61,594 nt of DNA, filler included, from Pirum gemmata (GCA_002812295.1; 13 parts of 13 records of this genome joined end to end with filler, not necessarily neighbours in it), one strand, 5' to 3'. Shown: positions 13,141 through 26,337, numbered from the whole stretch's first letter. Numbers and translations: made by a program. The notes: generated by a model not told the origin, from the letters alone.

Positions 13141-13648
13141 GGGAACGTTCAAATATTTAATACGTCAAATACAGCTTCAAATACCCTTACCTACCTACTC
13201 CTCGACGTTAATTTCCGGTCAAATACCACCTACCTACTTACCCCTTGACGTGATGTGTATATAGAGTGACAAACTAAGTGGCAACTAGCTAGTAGTAGCT
13301 CTAGTAGTAGAACTCCTTGATAGGGAACGTCCAATAATAAATACGTCACGTCAAGGGATAGGTAGGTGGGTGGTATTTGACCGGAAATTAACGTCAAAAG
13401 GTAGGTAGGTAGGGGTATTTGAAGCTGTATTTGACCCTTTTTTTTTCTTGTTTGAAGTTAAAAGAGTTTTGAATTAGCTACTCCAGAAGTTTTGAACTCT
13501 CTGATAGGGAACGCCCAATAATACGTCACGTCACGTCAAGGGATAGGTAGGTAGGTGGTATTTGACCAGAAATTAACGTCGAGGGGTAGTTAGGTAGGGG
13601 TATTTGAAACTGTGTTTGACCGGAAATTGGCGTTACGTAGTATTTGAA
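13141..13648. mobile_element. Cluster of three MITE family C copies (PIF/Harbinger-like)
   Basis: GGGAACGTYCAA..ATACGTCACGTCAAGGG..GGTAGGTAGG..TATTTGACCGGAAATT unit at ~13141 (inverted), 13322 and 13507. Confidence 0.8.
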
Positions 13649-13938
13649 ATGATACTTACATAATAATATCACAGTCATGATGATAATACTATGATAATAG
13701 ACGTTTATTTATAATAATAATTTATTTTTTCAATATTATGATACTGAGACCTTTTATGATAATTATATAATAATAATAATAATTATTATTATATTTTTAA
13801 ATCCATATGATAATTTACATACATGATACATCGGGTAATTTATTACATATATTTGGGTGATATTATATTACGATAATAAGTTATTTTCAGTTTAGTTCCA
13901 AAAGAAAACGCATGTAACTTGTTATCATACCAGGAGTC

Positions 13939-13972
<34 letters not shown>

Positions 13973-14656
13973 NNNNNNNNNNNNNNNNNNNNNNNNNNNN
14001 NNNNNNNNNNNNNNNNTTAATTAATTAANNNNNNNNNNNNNNNNNNNNNNNNNNNNNNNNNNNNNNNNNNNNTTATTATTATTATTATTATTATTATTAG
14101 AAATTTATTATTGTTATATAACTATTATTATTAATTAACTTAAATACCGATTTTATATATACATAAACAGTTCAAAGTGCAGAAATGCCCAATAATGAGC
14201 CGGACCAGTAAAATTGAAGAACAATAATAATACTATTAATATTTATAAAATTAATAAATATCAACAACAATAAAAAAAAAATAAAAATTAATAATATAAA
14301 GAATAAAAGCAATACTAAAGTAGTAGTTTTCAATTTTTACAATAATTACCAGTGGTGGTAAATTTTACGTCTACTAATTTATAAATCACAGTCTATGGAT
14401 TCTATACTGTATTCATTTTTTGTGGATTTTTTACTATATCTACCAAAAATAACAAAAGGAAAAAAAAAATAGAAATGAAAAAAACAAACAAAACGAAGAA
14501 TAAAGGAAACTACTCAACTCTCAATAGTATCTATTATTACACTGTTAAGTTATTGTTCAATGATGTATATGCATCATTTATTTTATTAATACATTGCATC
14601 ATTTTTTTTTCCTTGAAGCATTCGAGTTTCACCAACAAAAAGGGAATTTAAAAAAT

Positions 14657-14905
14657 AAACACAAACATTTTTATATTATCATAATAAAAAAGGCAGTTTG
14701 AACTCAGACATTTCATATTTATTTCATCACTTTATTATGCTTGAACAGGTTTAATAATAGTGTATGGTATTTGAGTGTTATTTAAACACAAACATTTTTT
14801 ATATTATCATAATAAAAAAGGTAGTTGGAACTCAGACATTTCATATTTATTTCATCACTTTATTATGCTTGAACAGGTTTAATAATAGTGTATGGTATTT
14901 GAGTG
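14657..14905. repeat. Tandem duplication of ~127 bp
   Basis: AAACACAAACATTTTT..GAACTCAGACATTTC..GGTATTTGAGTGT occurs twice in tandem. Confidence 0.85.
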
Positions 14906-15388
14906 TACCCCAACTTCTTTCAATAAAAAGTTTACTTTTAAAAAATAACATATTAATATTCCTATTAATTAACATTTTGTAATATTTTTTAATATGATGG
15001 TGGCTCGTAAGAAAAACGTATCATTTTGAATATTCATACACGATATTTCCAATTAATAATTGCGATCATTTTGAATATTCATACACGATATTTCCAATTA
15101 ATATATAGTTTACATTTATCTATTGTTAGTAGACTAACTGTAGACTGTTAGTACTTATAGTAGGCTATGTTATAGTGTATGATACGATAGTATACGATAC
15201 ATTTATGTAGCTGTAAATTCTGTAAATTTCTTGAATTCTCAGTATATATTTTTTAAAAGTTGTAATTGGCCTGCTGAATATTTTCTACATGCACCCTAGA
15301 GAGAGTCGAGAGTTCGAGACTCGTAGAGAGCTGAGCCTGGTGCCATTAATTACCATATTAGTACTTTATAGTCTAGCTACTAGCTAGA

Positions 15389-15621
15389 AGTAGGGGTGAG
15401 ATGACGTCATTTTGTTATTACCGAGCAGCTACCGGAACTTTTCCGATTTTATGGTTTTTATTACTATTAATGTTAATATTATTACTTTAATTGGTATCTA
15501 TTATAATTAAATTTTCTATTTTAAGCTATTTAACTGCTATTATTAGTAAAGAACACGGAACTAAGGTTGGCTCGATAAGCATCTGTTCGAAAAAAGTTCC
15601 AGTAGATATCTCACCCCTACT
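15389..15621. mobile_element. MITE family D, opposite orientation
   Basis: Perfect TIR AGTAGGGGTGAGAT/ATCTCACCCCTACT; flanks TAGCTAGA and TAACTAGA (8-bp TSD, 1 mismatch). Confidence 0.9.
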
Positions 15622-15772
15622 TAACTAGACTAGGTCACTAGCTAGGTATGTTTCCTGAGATGAACTTTCCTCTGCCCAAAGCCCAAAAAAGGATTTGAAA
15701 AAAGACAGTTTTTTTTTTGCTATTTTTAAAAAATCATAGCTACGTACGATATATTATGATAATAATATGAAA

Positions 15773-15957
15773 TCGTGCTTTTCAGTTGTTTTGTCATCAT
15801 AAAACATACAATAAAGAGTACCAGATTAATACAATATAAATTCATTTCATTTAATTTGGTATATTTTATTATCTATTTATTAATTTAAAAATGACAATTT
15901 AAATAATATAACCAACCAAATAAATATTCTGAGTGACAATATAAATGAAAAGCACAA
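15773..15957. mobile_element. MITE family A
   Basis: TCGTGCTTTTCAGTTGTTTTGTCA...TGAAAAGCACAA. Confidence 0.85.
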
Positions 15958-17269
15958 TAGATATAAAAGCTATGATATCATAATATATTATCATAGTCGA
16001 GTCTAAAAAAAGGGGGGTTGAAGAAAACTCTGGATCCTATGACAGTGACCAACTCCTTGGTTTTATTATTATTTTATTTTTATTGGTAGACTATTCAGAA
16101 CGACTATTGGTCGGAGGACTATTGTCGATAATTTGCTATAATTTGTACTAATTTGTGGTATTCCTTTTTTTTCTTTTTTTTTCTTTTTTTGATGAATACA
16201 GCATATTTAATATTATACTTTATTATTATAATATTATATATATCATAGTCTATGTATACGTATATGATATGACAGTCATAGTATATTTTGAAGTGTAAAT
16301 TCTTTATTTTTTTTATTTTTTTTTTATTGTACTGTGCCAGTGTACTCTCTACTAGCTAGTATTATTAATATCATTTCATCAAAGAGTTCAAAGTTTTTTC
16401 CCCTTGGTCATTCCATTGCTCACGTTGTTATTATTACCATTTTCTATTTATTACACCTGTCCTCCGAATAAGTCTAACTAATTTGTATTCTATAGCCATA
16501 ATTATAATATATTGTTAATATGGATTACTAGCTAGCTATAGGGTAGCCAAATTCTCTATATTATATATTCGTATTGACATAAACGATATGGCTGTATTAA
16601 CACTGCATACTAGACCCCCCAGTCTACTCTAAGGGTGTTCACGAAAAGGAAAAAGAGAAATATTTATTATAATAGCTCTTTGTAAATTTAAATCCATTCC
16701 CAATTACTATTTCTAGTCAATTTTTACAATTAAAATACAATGTCATCATAATTGCCAAAATAAAAAAATAATGGTTTTGTGAACTTTTCATTTTTCAATT
16801 TATGCAGTGAGCATCTTGGAGTGATATTGGCTTTAGAGTCTGGCTTTAGAGTTCGAGAAATTATATTATTCAATAGTTGCTGCATAATATATAATTTATA
16901 TATTATATATTATAGACACTTTTTGCGGGATATATATCATAATAACCACTAAAATATTTGAAACAATTTTCATACATGTAACGTTTGACATCATTGACTA
17001 ATACTTCTTTTGTTGATATATGTATAATACGATACCCACCTCCCAAAGATTTCACAACCATTTACCTTATTAATGTATATAATATTATATTATGAGAGAA
17101 ATCAAGGAGCTCAATTTTCTTTTGAACTCCTTGGAGATTTTTTTATTTTTTTTTTTACTTTTTATCATATTTATAAAAAATTTCAATTTTTCTTTTTTGG
17201 AGTATGAACATTCTACGTTTCTGATACGTATATAAAAACTTGTAACAAATAAGTTTTTTTTTTAAAAAT

Positions 17270-17461
17270 AATAATAATAACAATGTAATTAATATAAGAG
17301 TACATGTGTAGTTGTCTTTTCATATTATCATACTAAAAATTAGTTTCTTGGACAGAAAAAAGTGTCATTTTGATTTTCTAAAGAATTATTAATAAACATA
17401 TGCATAATTAAACACACTGAGTAGTCTAAAATACTTCTTAAATATCATGTTAGGTTTTGTC

Positions 17462-17494
<33 letters not shown>

Positions 17495-17740
17495 TGCCAC
17501 TAATAAAAAAAAATAACAATATAGTAATATAAGAATACATGTGCAGTTGTCTTTCGTATTATCATACGTTAGAACTAGAAAAAGTCAGTAGATTCTTGGA
17601 CAGAAAAAAACAAGTGACATTTTGGTTTTCTAAGGAATTAAACGTCATTGAATACTGAGACTATACTGTCTAAAATACTTCTAAAATATTATGACAGATT
17701 TTATGATAGGTTTTGTAAAAAAAAAAAACAATGCCACCAT
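17270..17740. repeat. Diverged tandem duplication of ~245 bp
   Basis: TACATGTG.AGTTGTCTTT..TTCTTGGACAGAAAAAA..GTCTAAAATACTTCT..ACAATGCCAC present twice. Confidence 0.7.
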
Positions 17741-18023
17741 ATCCAGCCACAATACCCCCGAATGAAGTCACTCTGACCACAATATGAGACCTAGCTAGCA
17801 TAATATGAGATCATCTACTATTCAACACTACCAGCAATCTACTCTAACCTTATAAATTCAACTATGGTAGTTAGTTTACTTCTAGCTACTACTAGAGCTG
17901 GGTCTAGCTATTGATAGCTATAGCTAGACCACACCCCTGAGTCTTGATGACATTTGACTTTTTGAGGTTTGCAAAACTTTGTTGAATAAACCAGCCTAGT
18001 TCTTGTCATTTTTTTTTTTTTTT

Positions 18024-18073
<50 letters not shown>

Positions 18074-18591
18074 CAGTAACTGTTCTTACTAAAAAATGGT
18101 TTTTTAAAAAAAAAGTTTGGGTTTAAAAATCACTATTTTACTAGTGTTTTACTTATTATTACACACATTGGGTTTTTATAAATAATAAAAACTTGACATG
18201 TCTTCACTTTCGTTCAAAGTTTGATATCAAGGGAATATTTTCAGCCCTTGTCTTTCGAATACCAATGTATTAAACTCGAGATAAAGCCCAAAAAAAGGAA
18301 TTTTTTCGATAGCTCTTTTAGTTCTAGTAGAGAAAATTTTGGCCCACATCTTTTCTATGGGTTCATAACAAAGACTCCATTTCTCTTTGGTCTATATATT
18401 ATAGGGTCTATGGGAATGTACTATATTGGAATATTGGAACACTGGTCACAAATAATCTGTTGAAGTGATCATCCAATTTATTTATTATATATCAGATAAA
18501 ATTTAGAAAATTTAGAACTAGTAGAGACCTACAGGCTATAGCCTATAGAGTCTCTTTTTTTTGTATCCAGAAGTTCAAATTTGGGTTATAG

Positions 18592-18630
18592 CAAGGACTT
18601 CAAAAAAAGGTTCTTTTTTTGAAGTCCTTG
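18592..18630. repeat. 39-bp mini hairpin CAAGGACTTC..GAAGTCCTTG (family F); relatives at 17103, 23788, 24143, 24254, 55134
   Basis: Perfect 17-bp arms; dispersed over several contigs. Confidence 0.7.
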
Positions 18631-20419
18631 GTTAGCTTGTAGTCTTAGTCTAAACAAAAAAAAATAGTCAATATTATATTATTAATATATATATTATTAT
18701 TATTACTATTAATATTANNNNNNNNNNNNNNNNNNNNNNNNNNNNNNNNNNNNNNNNNNNNTTAATTAATTAANNNNNNNNNNNNNNNNNNNNNNNNNNN
18801 NNNNNNNNNNNNNNNNNACTAATATTTATTATTATTACTATTAGTATTAATATTAATAATAGTATTATTATTATTATATTATTATTATTAATTATTGCGG
18901 TTGTTACCATAATACCATAATATATAGTTTTAAAATTGATAAAATATATTATGTTATAATTAATATAAAGTATTTTATTATGTATTAACAGTAATAGATA
19001 CCGATACTATTGTATTAGATAATACGATATAATAGAAGTGCTTTCTTTTTTTATTTTTACAAAACGAAATTTAATGTTAAATTTATAATTTTGATTACTA
19101 ATGTTATTTATATTACCATTCAACAGTATTCATACATTTTATAAATAATATTAAAAATATATCATACACACGAGCGCATAATATTATTGATATATAAAAG
19201 CTTGATTATCTAAGACCGCCCAACATATTAATTTATAAATCTAATATAATATAATTGCAAATTGGGCACACAAACTTCTTATATTTAGAGCCTGTATGTC
19301 AAAACTTTTGTATTGTGCAAAAAAAACACACACACTCACACAAAAGCTGAAAACGAAATTCATCATTGGTTGCTATGGGAATTTTACCATTTGGTTCTGA
19401 GTTGGTTGTTCCAATGTTGTTCCTAGCTAGCTAGTAGGAGTTGGTTCTGGTATGATAAAAAAAAAAATTATTGGTATATTTTTTTTATTTATTTTTTTTA
19501 TAATATTTTTTATTTACTTTAAAAATTTGTTATTATTTTTTTATTTTTTATTTTTTTTGTTTTATTTTTTAAATTGTAAGTCTGTTTTGTGAACGGAGAT
19601 AAATACTAAGCAGATAATATACATGCGCAGACAATAACGCATTTATATAAATAGCAAAAAAATGGTTATTTTCGCAAAGTAACTGTTTTTTTGCTATATA
19701 GTATATTATCAGTATATTATCATAGGCCACTTGCTAGCTAGTAGAGGCCAAAGTGTGACTACCTAAATAATTCTATTTATATATATATGCGATATGCGTA
19801 TATATATATATATAAACAATATGATCATATGCATATTTATTTTTTTATCATCTTCATTTTTTGTTTTGTTTTTTGTATAAAATTTTAAATAACAATAATA
19901 ATATCTGGAAAATACCAAAAAAAAATAAAAATGCCGATCTGATATTTGTAAATATCTAAACACTTCTAAATGATATCTTTGCACAATAACCAAGCAATTT
20001 TAAAGAAGAGGTTTTATTTGTTTGCGATACAATAGAATCAATTATCAACATCTTCTTTTATGTTGGAACTAGCTATATATAATATTATAGTGTAAGGGAA
20101 ATTTTATAATAATTAAGTGTCTACCTATACTTCATTCCAAAATGATGTAACTGTTTTCCTATTGGAAGACTTTGAAAATCAATTAAGTGTTATGATGATG
20201 CACAATGTATTACTAACATTAGTTGATTCGACCTGCGAATAATTTCGAACATAACTCCTGGAATAATAAGGATGTTCTAGTTCGATTATGGTGTTGATAC
20301 CCCGTACTGATCAACTGACTGCTGTTGGTTGAATCAGGATCAATATTGGCAAAATATTGTGTATCATCATGACACTTATGATTTCAAAGTGTTCCACCAG
20401 CACAACCTTATGTTAGTTA

Positions 20420-22468
20420 TCATGCGTGTAATGTCACTCGACGTATTTTCTTGCATGATAGAGCAACCGATCGCGCCATTTGTCTGCCAATGTTTTTACA
20501 CCACCGGAAATCGTCTTGATTGAGAGCCATCAACATTGGTTCTTTGAGACTTTCAAGCAGTTTGGCTTCATTGGCAGCAATTTGTGCATCAATGTGCCCT
20601 CTGTTACATATTAAAATATTTGTATAATTATTAATATTGTTATTTAATTAAAATTAATTAATATCAATGTTATATACAATTATTATTTTTATCATTTGCA
20701 AATTGATTACTATATTATTATTATAATCATTCTTATGTATTATTTTATGTATTAGTTTAATTTTTTTAATTTTTTTATATATAAATATTATTATTCTTTA
20801 AAAATGTAGTACTAAGTATTAAATAAAGGTTTGAGAATTAGTATTAATTAAAGTTAGTTATTTCCAATGGAGAGTAACCTCGCTTTTATACCTTTCAGTT
20901 TTATTTTAAGTAAATTAACAGAAATTAAATTATTATATTATTATACAATTAATTCTACATAGATAATATATAGCCAGTCTATCTCGACTAACAAACAGGC
21001 ACAGCAATACATTCGTATAATAAACATATACAAACTTAAACATACACTAGTATATAATCACAAATATTTATAGTAGTAAATGGTAAGAGGGAGACCTACT
21101 CAGGTTAATCAACTAATTACTCTAAATCAAATTATAAGTAAAGAGTCCAAAGAGGCTCGCCACCAAACCACTATTTACCTACTATTAGGACACAAGTCCG
21201 GTATAACTAAATATAAGTAACTATATTAGTCGAGTATAATCAAATAAGTATCAAATGTGTTAGCATCACAGACCAATGGGCAGCTGACTCGAACTAGCTG
21301 ACTCGAACAAGCTAGGGTACAGATCCGACCCTGTTGGACGACATCTCTGCAAAAAAATTTATTGCCTTAATTAAGCTTCTAATTTACATCGACCGGATTT
21401 TTATTTTGATTAATAAGAGCTACATTGCTGCTCTTGCATCCATTGATTATACGATATTCCACATGCAACATAAAGATATATATCAATCTCAAAATAGCTC
21501 AAAATCATAAATTAAAAAAAATGATATAAACTGAATATTTCTCACTAGCGGATTTTAAAACTCCAGGTTGTTAACAAAATAATAAAACAGGATTAAACTT
21601 TTGCTTTTTTTATTGAATTTCACTTGCAATATTTAAACTTCATATATCTTACGTTACTTTTGTCTATTTTGCTTGATCATTTTTATGCATTGTTACAGGC
21701 ATTCTTTAAGAAGTTTATAAGGGCACATAACAGTTACGCAATACTAAAACAAAGCTTTCCAGACCAATTGGTTATTAGTTAAATTAAATAGAATTATCAC
21801 ACAGTCTTTTATATTAGAATTGCCCATTTTGCGTGACCATTTTGAAAGCGGGTCATTTTCCAATAGTTATTTCAGAGCGAAAATTGAATTATAAGCGTTG
21901 GGATTATTTAATTTTTTCTAAGGAAATTATCGAATATACTATGCTGCCTTATTTCTTCATTTTGTAATAAAGTGGCGAAAAAACTGTTGCTGTTAACAAA
22001 AATAAACATTTTAAAAAGCGAAAATAAATTTAAAAAAAATAATTAGCAAAAGCATCTAAAAATAAAAATAAAGAACCAACAAAAGAATGAGCAAATTAAA
22101 TGACAGAAATTTAAGTAATAAATTAAGATAAATGAACATCACTTTAAGATGAATATAATTTGCAATAAAAAACTCGACAACACTACAACCATTATGATAA
22201 CAGCACAAAATTTAAAATTTAAAACTTACAATAGGTCAACTCTTCTGTTTGTTGTGTCTTCATTGTAGCTTGATCCTATGAAAATTTTTCTAGGAAAAGG
22301 TATTTTTTTTATTGAGGGAAAACCATTATCAATAAGATCTTCTCGTAACTGATGGAATTCCGAATATCTATGTCTGATAACAGTGGTACACGTTTCAGAA
22401 TTCCAATGATCCCATTCGATTTTTAAAGTAAAATATATAACTTCCTTGTCTTTTTTTGGACTTGGATT
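20420..22468 (-). CDS. PX-domain protein, partial (exon 22230-22468; probable downstream exon 20420-20600)
   Basis: CAG acceptor, then ..IYFTLKIEW..VIRHRYSEFHQLREDL..KIPFPRKIFIG..NRRVDL (PX hallmarks), GTAAGT donor in phase 2; phase-compatible exon GHIDAQIAANEAKLL..TLHA-TGA. Absent from the ORF track. Confidence 0.75.
20805..21343 (-). mobile_element. Possible solo LTR inside the PX gene intron
   Basis: Bounded by TGTAGT...ACGACA; TATA-like GGTATAAAAG on the minus strand; no TSD found. Confidence 0.25.
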
Positions 22469-24513
22469 CTGTAATAATTAATAAGAATAAGAATAAATTA
22501 ACGTTTAAAAACTTTTTAATTATATGATAATAACATTAGCAAATAAAAATAAAAATAGTGATAAACTTAGGGTGAAGAGTTTGGTATCATACTATTGCAA
22601 GTATGTCTGTGATCATGAAATAGCATTTGTGTTAATGCTAAACACACTATTGTTAAAAGTACTAATACTCTAATAATATACCAATGAACAGCAGCAACAA
22701 CAACAATACTATTATTATTATTAAATAGCAAGAGGTTAAAAACGGGATAGTACTGAATGATAGAATACACGTAAATAAAGTAATGGTGACGCTAATTGAA
22801 ATGATAAGGTTAACGATAATATTAGCCATGTGTATAGCAAGGTATTATTAATCAAAGGTAAATTACCCAGGGCAATAAATGAATTTAACAGCTATAATAG
22901 TAGTAACAGTAAAGAAAATAGCGATGGTAAAGTGATACTAATGGCTAATGAAAAAAAGAACAACGGAATTGATATGATATCGATAATCGCAATCCAGGAG
23001 AAAGAAGGTGATGGGCAGTAGAAGAAGTGAGAGAATGGCAATGATAATGGTAACGACAAGGAGTACGACAGAGGACGATGGTGGAGGACGATGGCGGAGG
23101 ACGATAGTAAGCATGATGAGGATGTAAGCTGCGATATTGATAATAATGACCATTGCAATGATAATGGCAATGATAGTGACAATGATCATAACGATTAAGA
23201 AACTGATGATGGCAATGACGATGACGATGACGATGATGATAATGATGATGGCGATAATCACGAACAACAATAAGAGTAGTGTCGAGGTACGGGGAAGAGG
23301 AAGAGGAAGAGGAAGAGGAAGAGGAAGAGGATGAGGATGAGGATGAGGATGAGGATGAGGATGAGGATGAGGAAAGGATGAGGATGAGGATGAGGATGAG
23401 GATGAGGATNNNNNNNNNNNNNNNNNNNNNNNNNNNNNNNNNNNNNNNNNNNNTTAATTAATTAANNNNNNNNNNNNNNNNNNNNNNNNNNNNNNNNNNN
23501 NNNNNNNNNTATTATTATTATTATTATTTAAAGATATGATACATTTAAAAAAATATCAAAAAATTATTAATAAAATTATTAAAAAATTATTAATAAATGA
23601 GATAATATTTATGGTAACTTTATTTGCAAAGATCAAAAAAAATAATAATAAATAAATAAATAAAAATATCTATAAAAATAAAAATCACTTGAAAATCCTA
23701 AAAATCTGCTATAAAAATCTGCTATAAAAATCTGCTATAAAAATCTGCAAACTATCTCGATATCGATAAAATTTATATAGATAATATCAAGGACTTTTCT
23801 TTTTTGAACTGTCCTTGATAATATTTATGATAACTTTATTTGCAAAAATCAAAAAAAAATAAAAATATGTAGACTATGTAGTCTAAAAATAAAAATCAAC
23901 TTGAAAATAATTTGAAAATAGTTTGAAAATCCTAGAAACAAAAAATTATTGCTACACTATCTATACGGAAAGTCGTGATAGGTTCGAGCGTTGGATATCG
24001 GTAGCTATCATAGCTAGCTAGCTAGTATCGATATCTATGATACTACAATATATCGATATCATATCAATAATATTATCGATATGATAATAATATTACTATA
24101 GAATAATATTATATAATATTATCATATTATGATAATAATATGCAAGGACTTTTTTTTGAAGTCCTTGTAACAATATGATAACATGATTATGATATCATAA
24201 TAAAATAGCTTAGTACTAGCTAGACTATTTCTGGGATCTTTTATGAGATAGACCAAGGACTTCAAAAAAAGAACCTTTTTTTTATAAAAAGCTCTGATAA
24301 AAATAAATCTGAAAAAAAAATAAAAAACTCTCATGAAAAAAAAAAATCTAAAAAAAAAATCAAAAAAAAAATCAAAAAAAAAAATCAAATTTTTTTTTTC
24401 ATAAATAAAAAATATAAACAATAAAAATACAATGTCGAGTATACATAGTAGTATTTTGAAAAAATCCAGTTGCTGTAAAATTAAATTTTTCTTCCTTTTT
24501 TTTTTTCAAGTCA

Positions 24514-25065
24514 TTATCTAAAATAACCATATTTTCTTTTTATTTTTATATATATCTCATCACTAACCGTTTCTTTCGATTTTTTCGTAACCCTTTGTTT
24601 TGATTTCAATTTTTTCGGAACCCATTGTTTTGATTTCAATTTTTTCGGATTAATTTCATAACCATTTTTTAATTTTGAAGAAACTGTCATGTATTCTTTT
24701 GGAGAAAGTTTTTTCTTTCTTTTTTCCGAAATACATTTTCCTTCATGATATACTTTATCGTTGGCTTTACAAGTTTCTTCGGTATGCAAACATATACCAT
24801 TATTCTTATCTAATTTATCTCTGTCACACCATTTTTTTGATGAATTTGTTTTATCACAACCACCCGATTTCGAACAGGATGTATTATATTTTTCGTAGTG
24901 TTTCCATTTAAAAATTCCTTTTCGATTAGGAACAGAAATATATTTAATTTCATTGTTATGACCTTTTTTTACTTGATATGGACATTTTTCCGGTTCGTAA
25001 GCTGGAGTTTTTCTTCTTTTATTTACTTTACGTTTGTTGTCAATTATATCTGAATTATCACACAT
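24514..25065 (-). CDS. Lys-rich 183-aa protein with giant-virus-type R-K-[ST]-P..C..KG..Y.S.P...G..KW motif and a Cys-rich module
   Basis: RRKTPAYEPEKCPYQVKKGHNNEIKYISVPNRKGIFKW; several further Cys; PKKLKSKQ repeated twice. Confidence 0.75.
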   Translation of the reverse strand: MCDNSDIIDNKRKVNKRRKTPAYEPEKCPYQVKKGHNNEIKYISVPNRKGIFKWKHYEKYNTSCSKSGGCDKTNSSKKWCDRDKLDKNNGICLHTEETCKANDKVYHEGKCISEKRKKKLSPKEYMTVSSKLKNGYEINPKKLKSKQWVPKKLKSKQRVTKKSKETVSDEIYIKIKRKYGYFR

Positions 25066-25153
25066 TTATGTTAAAAAAAAAAAATTAATGTATAAAAACA
25101 AAAAAAAAAATGACGGTAGAAATTGAATTAAAAAAAAAACAAGTTTAAAAAAA

Positions 25154-26337
25154 ATGTCTGTAGAAATTGAATTAAAAAAAATTATTAATAATATTTTGTC
25201 ATCAACAGCTTTTGATGTTGATTGTAGAGCACTTAAGAAGCAACCAGAAAAGTATGAAGATTTACAAAAAGTAATTATAAATGATTTAGAAGACATTATT
25301 AAAAATCGAATAAAACTTTGTTTAAAAGTATTTAATCTTCGTGATGAAAATGTTGAATCGGTAGTAATATTAAAAAATTCCAACAACTTCCATTAGTTCA
25401 AAGAGAAAACCTTAATAATATCATTTTTGCCATTTTATTACCTAGAATAAAACAATTAAAATTATGGGATAGTAAATTAGAAAACCGAAAAAAACACTAT
25501 ATTGTTAGCGATTCGCATTTCATAAATTTACTAATTAATATCGAAAACAAAACGGTAATTCCAATGACTTCACCGAGTGCAAGAAATATTTTATCCGATT
25601 ATGGTGCTTGTAACATTTTGGATAATCGGATCATGTACTTAAACTTATACGATTGTAACCTAATGACTAATTTTCAATTCATAGAAAAACCTCTTCTTGA
25701 TGATATTGAACAAAATAATATAATAGACGGTGTCAATTATGATTTGAATTTTTGGAGAATTACTTTCGAAAATAGTGAAAAAATTTTTCTAAACCTTAAA
25801 TCTAAAGAGAAGTTTTCAGTGAATACGATAAAAGGTTGGGATCACGTAACTAATTATTTGTTAGTCAATAATTTAGAATCATTGTCGGACATTAAATATT
25901 TTGATGAAAATGAAACAATTTATGATTTAACGCAAACCGAACAAGACGTATTGAAGCTGTTAATTGACGATTACTTAAAAAATCCTAAAAAGGCAAATAA
26001 CAATGTTGCTATTTTAACTAAAGATAATTTGTATACACAAAATTTATGGAGTTTAGTCCCCGGTTATACAGTTGAATTTATCGAAAAACAAAATGAAAGT
26101 TCGAATTTCCTATCCGTTGGGAACCGTGTTTACAATAAATGTCTGTTGTTAAATAATTTTTTAAACGAAATTTCTGAAGACTCTAATTCGGAAATCGCTA
26201 AGGATAAATTACAAATCGCAAGTATAATTTTTGAAACCCGTAATTTGTTAACAAATACCAAATCTCTTCCTGACAAATCTTCTCTTCTATCATATTTCGA
26301 AATTATAATAAAACCGTTGAAACCTTTAAAAATGTAG
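25154..26337 (+). CDS. Hypothetical ~394-aa protein split by a single -1 frameshift near 25372-25378 (80-aa and 257-aa ORFs of the track)
   Basis: The frame of the 257-aa ORF is open from 25357 (..QQLPLVQRENLNNIIFAILLPRIKQLKLWD..) and overlaps the end of the 80-aa ORF. Confidence 0.7.

Noticed and set aside
19365..19382. RFX X-box-like GTTGCTATGGGAAT next to a CCAAT box
   Set aside because: Imperfect match and no identifiable downstream gene.
25066..25153. Mimivirus early promoter AAAATTGA in the divergent spacer
   Set aside because: Only GAAATTGA is present, within a duplicated gene start; uninformative at this AT content.
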